Assembly: GCF_963921235.1 (NCBI RefSeq) | Contig: NC_086108.1 | Location: 112,656,001-112,720,000, forward strand | DNA length: 64,000 nt | Reading direction: 5' to 3' | Source of the DNA: Mobula hypostoma | Lineage: Eukaryota | Shown here: positions 23,930 through 34,527 of the stretch, one piece after another | Layout of the letters: each line of letters opens with the position of its first letter | How positions within the stretch are numbered: the first letter of the stretch is position 1 | Notes under the pieces: generated by a model | Database searches by the model: none | Told to the model about the DNA's origin: nothing | What the model saw: only the letters and a program-made list of their open reading frames with translations | Translations under genes and position numbers: made by a program

Positions 23930-25180
23930 GTGGTGGCACGGTACCGTAGTGATTAGCACAACACCTTACTGAACAGGTCACCCAGGTTCAACTCCTGCCG
24001 CTGACAGTAAGGAGTTTGTACAGGTCCACAATCCCTTATCCGAAACTCTGAAAACCAAAAAGCTCCGGAAACCAAAGTTTTCTTCGCGGAGTGTGGAGCG
24101 TGTCGTAACAAGGCTGGTTTGGCGCACCAACAGCTGATGCCACTCAATTCAAGTTAATTGCTGGCCTTGAACAACGGGCATTTATCAGTGAGCAAGAGAT
24201 TACGGCAGTTTACTCAGTTAAAGAGAGATTGCTTAGACATAAACCTATGTTAATTAGACAGATGACACTTGAAGAAGTCTTTAAAAATGCCATCTCTTGT
24301 AGTGCTGCTTCATAACTTGAGAATCCTGTTCCTGGCCCATCAGGTACTGTACCTGTAGAGTATTTAGCTTTGTTTGCCAGACGTATTGCAGTTTAACTAG
24401 AGGTACCTGTACATACTTAGCTTAGTTTGAACCTGTATATGTCCTAGAGTATTTACGTTCTACATTTATTCCAGTAAGTCGTTTACCATGTGTTTGATTC
24501 GGTTCTTTTGAAGCTGTATATTTATGTTTTATTGAATGTTTTTGTTGGAAATAAAATGTACTAGAGTATTTATGGTCCATAATTATCCCACCATTTCATT
24601 TATCAGTATATTACTCTATAAATAAACTGTAATAGTATTTGTAAAAGAGCGCGGATCAGGAAAACCCAGAAGTTCTCTCTCCAGCATTTGTTGTTCGAGC
24701 AAGTACAGACTTCTTTTCTTGTCATTATTCCCTAAACAATACAGTATAACAACTATTTACATAGCATTTACATTGTATTAGGTATTATAAGTAATCTAGA
24801 GATGATTTAAAGTATACGGGAGGATGTGCGTAGGTCCGGAGCTCCCCCGGGTCCTAAAGTCCACCGGCACTGAAACAGGTTAATTATCAACATAATTATC
24901 AATTTTCTAAAATCCGAAAAACTCTGAATTCCGAAATGCAACTGGCCCCAAGGATTTTGGATAAGGGATTGTAGACCTGTACATTCTCCCGTGATCGCGT
25001 GGGTTTCCTCCGGGTGCTCTGGTTTCCTCCCACAGTCCAAAGCCATACCAGTTGGTAGGTTAATCGGTCTTTGTAAACTGTCCTGTGATTAGGCGAGGGT
25101 TAAATCGGTGGGTTACTGGGTGGCACGGCTGGAAGGACAGTTCCTCGCGGTATCTCAATCAACAAACAAATAAATGAATA
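23930..25180 (+). mobile_element. V-SINE split by a Tigger insertion at TA
   Basis: ggagtttgTA | insert | TAcattctcccgtgatcgcgtgggtttcc rebuilds the V-domain. Confidence 0.8.
24021..24979 (+). mobile_element. Tigger/pogo DNA transposon deletion derivative (MER46C/Tigger4-like ends)
   Basis: TIRs caggtccacaatcccttatccgaaa / ttttggataagggattgtagacctg, TA duplication, transposase C-terminal remnant LIAGLEQRAFISEQEI...RQMTLEEVF (24154-24315). Confidence 0.85.
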
Positions 25181-25465
25181 AACAAAAGGTCTGGGGTGGG
25201 AGGGTCATCACTTGTGCTGATTGCTACCCCGAGGGGGGTGGGAAGTGAGGGGAGGATGCTTTCTCTGATCAGCAGTGGTGTGTCAGAAAGTAAGAGGCAC
25301 TGATTCGTTTTCACTTGAACCAAACGATGCATTTCACTGTATATCTCCATGTACGTATGACAAATAAAGCTGATCGCCCAGGGTGGAAATGACTAGTATT
25401 AGGGGACACACATCAAGGTTGCTGGTGAATGCAGCAGGCCAGGCAGCATCTCTAGGAAAAGGTAC

Positions 25466-25501
25466 AGTCGACGTTTCAGGCCGAGACCCTTCGTCAGGAC
25501 T
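25466..25501 (-). ncRNA. Minimal type-I hammerhead motif, intact core
   Basis: Reverse complement agtcCTGACGAagggtctcggcctGAAACGTCgact. Confidence 0.85.
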
Positions 25502-25546
25502 AACTGAAGTGGCTCCTCCCACTTCCTCCAAACTAAAGGTGTAGCC

Positions 25547-26716
25547 ATGGGCACCCGTATGGGTCCTAGCTATGCCTGCCTTTTTGTTGGCTTTGTGGAA
25601 CAATCTAGGTTCCGTGCCTATTCTGGTATCTGTCCCCCACTTTTCCTTCGCTACATCGACGACTGCATTGGCGCTGCTTCCTGCACGCATGCTGCGCTCG
25701 TTGATTTTATTAACTTTGCCTCCAACTTTCACCCTGCCCTCAAGTTTACCTGGTCCATTTCCGACACCTCCCTCCCCTTTCTAGATCTTTCTGTCTCTGT
25801 CTCTGGAGACAGCTTATCCACTGATGTCTCCTATAAGCCTACTGACTCTCACAGCTATCTGGACTATTCCTTTTCTCACCCTGTCTCTTGCAAAAACGCC
25901 ATCCCCTTCTTGCAATTCCTCCGCCTCTGCCGCATCTGCTCTCAGGATAAGGCTTTTCATTCTAGGATGAGGGAGATGTCCTCCTTTTTTAAAGAAAGGG
26001 GCTTCCCTTCCTCCACTATCAACTCTGCTCTTAAACGCATCTCCCCCATTTCACGTACATCTGCTCTCACTCCATCCTCCCACCACCCCACTAGGAATAG
26101 GATTCCCCTGGTCCTCACCTACCACCCCACCAGCCTCCGGGTCCAACATATTATTCTCCGTAACTTCCGCCACCTCCAACGGGATCCCATCACTAAGCAC
26201 ATCTTTCCCTCCCCCCCCCCTGCATTCCGCAGGGATCGCTCCCTACGCGACTCCCTTGTCCATTCGTCCCCCCCATCCCTCCCCACTGATCTCCCTCCCG
26301 GCACTTATCCGTGTAAGCGGAACAAGTGCTACACATGCCCTTACACTTCCTCCCTTACCACCATTCAGGGCCCCACACAGTCCTTCCAGGTGAGGCGACA
26401 CTTCACCTGTGAGTCGGCTGGGGTGATATACTGCGTCCGGTGCTCCCGATGTGGCCTTTTATATATTGGCGAGACCCGACGCAGACTGGGAGACCGCTTT
26501 GCTGAACACCTACGCTCTGTCTGCCAGAGAAAGCAGGATCTCCCAGTGGCCACACATTTTAATTCCACATCCCATTCCCATTCTGACATGTTTATTCACG
26601 GCCTCCTCTACTATAAAGATGAAGCCACACTCAGGTTGGAGGAACAACACCTTATATTCCGTCTGGGTAGCCTCCAACCTGATGGCATGAGCATCGACTT
26701 CTCTAACTTCCGCTAA
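25547..26716 (+). CDS. PLE RT C-terminal half + GIY-YIG endonuclease (5'-truncated)
   Basis: FLRYIDD, Cys linker, VIY...YIGET; closely similar to ORF 5598-7391. Confidence 0.92.
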   Translation: MGTRMGPSYACLFVGFVEQSRFRAYSGICPPLFLRYIDDCIGAASCTHAALVDFINFASNFHPALKFTWSISDTSLPFLDLSVSVSGDSLSTDVSYKPTDSHSYLDYSFSHPVSCKNAIPFLQFLRLCRICSQDKAFHSRMREMSSFFKERGFPSSTINSALKRISPISRTSALTPSSHHPTRNRIPLVLTYHPTSLRVQHIILRNFRHLQRDPITKHIFPSPPPAFRRDRSLRDSLVHSSPPSLPTDLPPGTYPCKRNKCYTCPYTSSLTTIQGPTQSFQVRRHFTCESAGVIYCVRCSRCGLLYIGETRRRLGDRFAEHLRSVCQRKQDLPVATHFNSTSHSHSDMFIHGLLYYKDEATLRLEEQHLIFRLGSLQPDGMSIDFSNFR

Positions 26717-27586
26717 CACCCCACCTCCCCCTCGTACCCTATCTGTTGCTTATTTTTATACACACATTCTTTCTCTCACTCTCCTTTTTCTCCATCTGTC
26801 CCTCTGAATATACCCCTTGCCCATCCTCTGGGTCCCCCCCCCGTCTTTCTCCCCGGACCTCCTGTCCCATGATCCTCTCGTATCCCTTTTGCTTATCACC
26901 TGTCCAGCTCTTGGCTCCATCCCTCCCCCTCCTGTCTTCTCCTATCATTTTGGATCTCCCCCTCCAACTTTCAAATCTCTTTTACTCACTCTTCCTTCAG
27001 TTAGTCCTGACTAAGGGTCTCGGCCTGAAACTTCGACTGTACCTCTTCCTAGAGATGCTGCCTGGCCTGCTGCGTTCACCAGCAACTTTCATGTGTGTTG
27101 CTTGAATTTCCAGCATCTGCAGAATTCCTGTTGTTTGCAGTATTAGGGGACATAATTTTAAGGTGATTGGAGGAAAGTACAAGGAGAATGTCAGAGGTAG
27201 TTTGTTCATTTATTTATTTACAGAGTGGTGGGAGTGTGAAACACGCTGCCAGGGGTGGCAGAGGCAGATACATTAGGGGCATTTAAAGATACACATAGAT
27301 GATAGAAAGAATGGAGGGTTATGGAGGAGGGAGGGGTGAAATCTTGGAGCAGATTAAAAGATCGGTACCACGACTGACTGACAGGCTTGACTGTGCTGTG
27401 ATGTATGGTAAATTCTTAACATTAATGCAGGAGACATCAAATTCCAGTCATGACAGAAATAAACATTAGGGAAAAATATCCAAATGTTCAAAGGGATTCA
27501 CGTAATGGAATGGTTTGAAGGAGAGAGGAAGAAAGGTTTGGGGAAGGAATTCCTGAACCTCAGACTCTAAGCAGCTAAAGACGACA

Positions 27587-28060
27587 AGACCATAAGACAT
27601 TAGAGCAGAATTAGGCAATTCAACCCATTGAGTCTGCTCCGCTATTTCATCGTGGCTGATTCATTATCCTACTCAACTCCATTCCCCTGCCTTCCCCCCT
27701 CCCCGTAACCTTTGACACCCTGACTTCTCAAGAATCTATCAACTTCCACGTTAAATATACCCAATGACTTGGCCTCCACAGATGTCTGTAGTAATGAATT
27801 CCACAGATTCACTACCCCCTGGCTAAAGAAATTCCTCCTCATCGCTGTTTTAAAGGGATGTCCCTCTATTCTGAGGCTGTGCCCTCTGGTCCTAGTCTCC
27901 CTACTATAGGAAACATCCTCTCCATAACCACTCTAGCTAGGCCTTTCAACATTCGATAGGTTTCAATGAAATCCGACCTTCATTCTTCTAAACTATAGAA
28001 AGTAGAGGTTCAGAGCCATGGCACGCCAGCCTCATATGTTAACCCTTTCATTCCTGGGAT
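27587..28060 (-). mobile_element. CR1 LINE 3' fragment
   Basis: Same sequence family as 18931-19400. Confidence 0.75.
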
Positions 28061-28844
28061 CACTGGTACAAACACTCATCAGAGTGAGATTTATTTTCAC
28101 AGACTTAAATGGCATGACATTTACTATTCTGCAGCAACTGTCCAGTGCAAAGATACAAAATGACCATAAAATTACAGAAGACAAGATTAGCTGTATTTTC
28201 ACACTCACAAAAAAAAATGCAATGAAATGCATGGCTTGCATCTTGACCAACAGAGTCAGAGGAATGCTGGGGACAGCTCATCAGTGTCTCCACACTTCCA
28301 AAGCCAACACTGCATGTCCACAAGTTATTAACCCTCATCCATCTGTCATTGGACTGTGGAGGAAACGGGAGCAACTGGGAGAAGCCCACACGGTCACCGG
28401 GTGAACGTACACACTCCTTACAGCCAGCAGTGAGAATTGAGCACTGATTGTTGGTGCTGTAAAGGGTCTTGCTAACCACTATGCTATTGTGTCACCCACT
28501 AAATCGTACAAAAAAAATGTGAAAGAATGAGGTGGTGTTGAGGGGCTCATGGACCGTTCAGAAATCTGATGGTGGACAAGAATATAGAAACAAAGAAAAC
28601 CTACAGCACAGTACAGGCCCTTCGGCCCACAATGCCGTGCCGAACATGTCCTTACCTTAGAAATTACCTAGGGTTACCCACAGCCCTCTATTTTACTGAG
28701 CTCCATACACCTGTCCAGGAGTCTCTTAAAAGACCCTATTGTACCCACTTGCACCAGTCACTGGCAGCCCATTACACGCACTCATCACTCTCTGCGTACA
28801 AAACTTACCCCTGACATCTCCTCTGTACCTATTTCCAAGCACCT

Positions 28845-29349
28845 TGTTACCTGTCCCGTGAGTATCTCGTGAATACGCCTTGTGCTATTGGAATGATGTA
28901 ATGGTCTTGTGATAGTGGGGTGATGTGATGTCATGTTCCAACTGGTATACAAGGAGAAACCGCAGTTGTTGCGTAGTTCATTTCGTTGGGAGTCCACCGT
29001 TGGTAGTTACGCCATCAGAGAAGAAGAAAGAGTGAGAGTGAAGAATCCGAACAAACCCCAAAAGGATTGAGGTTAACCAGTGGCTTTCGGCGCATTATGG
29101 GTGTGATTGACATTTGGAACCCCATCCATACGTGGCACGCATGGTTTGTTAACCCTGACAAGGTTTGGGTATTGTGCGATGATCACTTTGTCGAAAGGTC
29201 AGTTACTTTGAGAAATCGTATTTGAGAAATCCATTTAAGGTAATCGTTCGTTTACTTTTCCATGTTTATTTGAGTAGAGATTAATAAAAGTCATTTTTTT
29301 TTATAAAAACTCGTCTCAAATTCATCTCTATTGCTGCTGGTTTATAACA
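28845..29349 (+). mobile_element. Probable solo LTR inserted into a CR1 tail
   Basis: 505 bp, TGTTA...TAACA inverted termini, AATAAA near 29284, imperfect 4-bp TSD acct/attt; removing it restores ccaagcaccttaaaactgtgccc. Confidence 0.7.
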
Positions 29350-29869
29350 ATTTTAAAACTGTGCCCTCTCGTGCGAGCCATTTCCGCCCTGGGAAAAAGC
29401 TTCTGACTATCCAAACGATCAATGCCTCAATTGAGGAACATATTTTGTGTTCTTAATCTCCCACAAGTAATCCACGTAATTTTGAAAGCCTTCATTAAAG
29501 CTTGGTGAGGTGGAACAAGCAGCTTATTTTCTTGCCCAGAATTTGTCTGTAAATTTAAGTTATTTACTCCAATATGTTGTCCATAAATGCAAAGCATCTC
29601 AACTGCAAGCCCAGTGCAGCAAGTTGTGAACTCAGTCAGCTCCATCATGGGCACTGGCCTCCCAGCATCGAGGACATCTACAATGCCTCAGGAAGGCAGC
29701 ATCCATCTGTAAGGACTCCCATCACCCAGGACGTGCCCTCTTCTCATTGCTACCATCAGGGAGGAGATACAGGAGCCTGAAGACACACTCAATGATTCAG
29801 GAACAGCTTCAGGACAATAGACTCAAGAACACTACTTCACTACATCTTTTCGCTCTTTTTGCACTAGTT

Positions 29870-30258
29870 ACTCGTGGAGAAACCTCTCCACCAAAGGAGG
29901 TGTGAGGCGCTCCATCCCTCTGCTAGCCTGCAGGTCACCCTTGGGCAAGGCGTAGCACCAGCTCAGCCTCCCCACCCCCGGATCAAGGTCACGTGACGCA
30001 TGGGAGCACGTGGAGAACGATTGTCTCAGGAGCCGGGGCATATCACAAGACCTGGTTATGCAACCACTCTCACCAGGCAGACAATCTCTGACGAGTATTG
30101 ATAATGGCTGGGCTGGGGTCACCCGTCTTGTAAAGACACAGCCCAGAACAAAGCAATGGCAAAACCACTTCTGTAGAAAAAAATGCCAAGAACATTCGTG
30201 GCCACGGAAAGACCGTGATCGCTCACGTCATACAATATGCCACATAACGAACGAACTT
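29870..30258 (+). mobile_element. RTE-derived non-autonomous element (bipartite SINE-like)
   Basis: BovB-like gcaatggcaaaaccacttctgta block, RTE-like 3' end gaccgtgatcgctcac, (aacg)n tail. Confidence 0.55.
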
Positions 30259-30319
30259 AATTTATACAATAAGTACATAACATTTAATTTATAATTGTTT
30301 ATGCTTATGTATTGTACTG

Positions 30320-32010
30320 AAACATAACATAGAAACATACAGCACAATACAGGCCCTTCAGCCCACAAAGTTGTGCCGAACCTGTCCCTACCTTAGAAAT
30401 TGCTAGGGTTACCCATAGCCCTCTATTTTTCTAAGCTCCATGTATCTATCCAAAAGTCTCTTAAAAGACCCTATCGTATCCACTTCCACCACCGTTGCCG
30501 GCAGCCCATTCCACGCACTCACCACTCTCTGAGTAAAAAACTTACCCCTGACATCTCCTCTGTACCTACTTCCCCAGCACCTTAAACCTGTGTCTCCTTG
30601 TGGCAGCCATTTCAGCCCTGGGAAAAAGCCTCTGACTATCCACACGATCAATGCCTCTCATCATCTTATACACCTTTATCAGGTCACCTCTCATCCTCCA
30701 TCGCTCCAAGGAGAAAAGGCCGAGTTCACTCAACCTATTCTCATAAGGCATGCTCCCCAATCCAGGCAACATCCTTGTAAATCTCCTCTGCACCCTTTCT
30801 ATGGCTTCCACATCCTTCCTGTAGTGAGGCGACCAGAACTGAGCACAGTACTCCAAGTGGGGTCTTACCAGAGTCCTATATAGCTGCAACATTACCTCTC
30901 GACTCCTAAATTCAATTCCACGATTGATAAAGGCCAATACACCGTATGCCTTCTTAACCACAGAGTCAACCTGCGCAGCTGTTTTGAGCATCCTATGGAC
31001 TCGGACCCCAAGAACCCTCTTATCCTCCAGTCTTACAATTAATACTATATTCTGCCATCATATTTGACCAACCAAAATGAACCACTTCACACTTATTTGG
31101 ATTCAACTCCATCTGCCATTTCTCAGCCCAGTTTTGCATCCTATCAATGTCCCGCTGCAACCTCTGACAGCCCTCCATACTATCCACAACACCTCCAACC
31201 TTTGTGTCATCAGCAAACTTACTAACCCATCCCTCCGCTTCCTCATCCAGGTCATTTATAAAAATCACAAAGAGTAAGGGTCCCAGAACAGATCTCAGAG
31301 GCACACCACTGGTGACCGACCTCCATGCAGAATATGACCACTCTTTGCCTTCTGTGGGCAAGCCAGTTCTGGATCCACAAAGCAATATCCCCTTGGATCC
31401 CATGCCTCCTTACTTTCTCAATAAGCCTTGCATGAGGTACCTTATCAAATGCCTTGCTGAAATCCATATATACTACATCTTATGCTCCTCCTTCATCAAT
31501 GTGTTTAGTCACATCCTCAAAAAATTTAATCAGGCTCGTAAAGCACGACCTGCCTTTGACAAAGCCATGCTGACTATTCCTAATCATATTATACCTCTCC
31601 AAATGTTCATAAATCCTGCCTCTCAGGATCTTCTCCATCAACTCAGCAACCACTGAAGTAAGACTCACTGGTCTATAATTTCCTGGGCTATCTCTACTCC
31701 CTTTTTTGAATAATGGAACAACATCTGCAATCCTCCAATCCTCCAGAACCTCTCCCGTCCCCATTGATGATTCAAAGATCATCGCCAGAGGCTCAGCAAT
31801 CTCCTCCCTCGCCTCCCATAGTAGCCTGGGGTACATCTCATCCAGTCCCGGCGACTTATCCAACTTGATGCTTTCCAAAAGCTCCAGCACATCCTCTTTC
31901 TTAATATCTACATGCTCAAGTTTTCAGTCCACTGCAATCAGCACTACAATCACCAAGATCCTTTTCCATAGTGAATACTGAAGTATTCATTAAGTACCTC
32001 TGCTATTTCC
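30320..32010 (-). mobile_element. CR1 LINE, 5'-truncated, lightly decayed ORF2
   Basis: KSPGLD, PLFKKGSRDSPGNYRPVSLTS, MDFSKAFDKVPH, FADDTK, RPHLEYC fragments; ctatgtttctatg-type tail. Confidence 0.92.
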
Positions 32011-32299
32011 TCAGGAGCTGACGTTTGACTGTACTTCATGTGGCAAATGTTTCCCAGGTTTTCTGGGTTTTAGGTATGGATATGGATACGGACTATGAAC
32101 TATAAACTCTTTTTCCCCCAGTCTTAGAGCTTTTACATTTTGTGTTTTTCGTCTGATTGTTCTCATTTTTTGTGTGGGGTCGGGGTGGAGAATTTGGGGA
32201 TTACCATGCTTTTCTTTCATGGCTATACAAGAAGAAGAATTTCAGAGTTGTATACTTTGATGATAAACAAACGTTTGAATATCCAGCGGAAGATCACAC

Positions 32300-33072
32300 A
32301 AGATTATCTGCAGCTTAATGTGAAAAAGACTAAGGAGCTGGTGGTAGACCTGAGGAGAGCTAAGGTACCGATGACCCGTTTCCATCCAGGGGGTCAGTGT
32401 GGACATGGTGGAGGATTACAAATACCTGGGGATATACGAATTGCCAATAAACTGGACTGGTCAAAGAACACTGAGGCTGTCTACAAGAAGAGTCAGAGCC
32501 GTCTCTATTTCCTGAGGAGACTGAGGTCCTTTAACATCTGCTGGACGATGCTGAGGATGTTCTACGAGTCTGTGGTAAAGTGTGATCATGTTTGCTATTG
32601 TGTGCTGGGGCAGCAGGCTGGGGGTGGCAGACACCAACAGAATCAACAAACTTATTCGAAAGGCCAGTGATGTTGTGGGGATGGAACTGGACTCTCTCAC
32701 GGTGGTGTCTGAAAAGAGGATGCTGTCTAAGTTGCATGCCATCTTGGACGATGTCTCCCATCCACTACATAATGTACTGGTTGGGCACAGGAGTACATTC
32801 AGCCAGAGACTCATTCCACCGAGATGCGACACAGAGCGTCATAGGAAGTCATTCCTGCCTGTGGCCATCAAACTTTACAACTCCTCCCTTGGAGGGTCAG
32901 ACACCCTGAGCCAATAGGCTGGTCCTGGACTTATTTCATAATTTCCTGGCATAATTTACATATTACTATTTAACTATTTATGGTTCTATTACTATTTATT
33001 ATTTATGGTGCAACTGTAACGAAAACCAATTTCCCCCGGGATCAATAAAGTATGACTATGACTATGACTATG
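32300..33072 (+). mobile_element. Rex1/Babar-clade LINE 3' fragment
   Basis: LQLNVKKTKELVVD, RLYFLRRLRSFNI, HPLH motifs; tail aataaag(tatgac)n. Confidence 0.85.
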
Positions 33073-33739
33073 ATTACACCCAGGTAATGATCATTAGCTG
33101 CCATGCGCTCAGAGGGGTGAGGAGTGGAGTTTGAATGACCATCTAGGAGGCAGATTCCCGGCTCACAACTGCTACCGACATTCGGATCAGTGTGAGCTGT
33201 GATCGAGACGAACCCTAGACCCAAGTGCCAATAACTAGTACTACAGCATGAGATCACAGTAACAACACTCTGCCTTGTTACCTTGCAACCTGATCGCAAA
33301 TTGGCTCTTCCCCCATCAGAGTGTTTTAAATGCTTAATCTAATAAGCACGCCTACTGTTTCCAGGGAAGTTTGTGAGGTAGAACTACATACTTCAGAGAT
33401 CATTTGAGGACATGCCAAAGAAAATTTATTTACTGTCTGCATGCGAGCAAACTTCAGAGTTAGTAGTGGCATCCATCCAAAGAATTAAATCCCATCAGTT
33501 CCAGACACGGCGTGGTAAGCCCATACTTCCCTTGGACTCTAACATAAACATGGAAACCAAGCCCCATCGCTTCACCACGGACTGGAATTTGTGGTTCTGC
33601 AGTTGAAATTCTCTGGTTCAACAACACTGTGGACCAGGATATTTTGAATCTGTAGCGCAGATCTGTGCCAGTCAACTGTGCTCTCTTCTCACTACTACCA
33701 TCGGGCAGGAGGTGCAAGAGCTTTAGGTCCCAGAATCAG

Positions 33740-34110
33740 CACATTGGAGGGGGATTGAAAATCTGGCTGAGTGGAGCCACAACAACAAACTCTCACTCAA
33801 TGCCAGCAAGACCAAGGAGATGATTATTGACTTCAGGAGGAAACTGGATGGGTCAGAGGTGGAGAGGGTCAGCAGCTTCAAGGTCCTGGGCCCAGAACAT
33901 AAGAGCAATTACAAAGAAGTACGGCAGCACCTCTACTTCCTCAGGAGTTTGCAACAATTTGGCATGACATCTAAAACTTTGACGAACTTCTATAGATGGG
34001 TGGTGGAGAGTATATTGACTGGCTGCAACACAGCCTGGTATGGAAACACCAATGCCCTTGAGCAGAAAATCCTATAAAAAGTAGTGAATATAGATCAGTC
34101 CGTCACGGGT
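33740..34110 (+). mobile_element. Older Rex1/Babar-like fragment
   Basis: LSLNASKTKEMIIDFRR...HLYFLRSL..FGM..LTNFYR..VESILTGC. Confidence 0.7.
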
Positions 34111-34312
34111 AAAGTCCTCCTCAAAAGTTGAGAATATCTGCACCGATTATTCCAACAACCTATGAACTCATTTTCAAGGACTCTTCATCTCATATTCTTG
34201 ATGTTTATTGCTTATTTATTAGTTTTTTTTTGCTTTCTTTTTGTATTTGCACAGTTTGTTGTCTCTTGTACATTGGTTGGTTGTTTGTCTGTCCTGTTAG
34301 GTGCAATCTTCC

Positions 34313-34527
34313 ATAGTCATAGTCATACTTTATTGATCCCGAGGGAAATTGGTTTTCGTTACAGTTGCACCATAAATAATTAAATAGTAATAAAACCATA
34401 AATAGTTAAATAGTAATATGTAAATTATGCCAGGAAATAAGTCCAAGACCAGCCTATTGGCTCAGGGTGTCTGACCCTCCAAGGGAGGAGTTGTAAAGTT
34501 TGATGGCCACAGGCAGGAATGACCTCC
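34313..34527 (-). mobile_element. Rex1/Babar 3' end, same family as 32300-33072
   Basis: Reverse complement of 32850-33065 including the tatgac tail. Confidence 0.85.

Larger units (their letters stand above)
25409..27138 (+). mobile_element. Penelope-like element, 5'-truncated, with short inverted 3' arm; inserted in a CR1 tail
   Basis: Minus arm 25409-25509, plus arm 25510-27138; 14-bp TSD agtattaggggaca at 25395-25408 and 27139-27152. Confidence 0.93.

Noticed and set aside
30080..30125. CTGACGA in the RTE-derived element as a hammerhead
   Set aside because: No GAAA after a stem II
33365..33514. Plus-strand exon candidate ending gtaagc
   Set aside because: All frames from the best acceptor contain stops; unrecognised peptide
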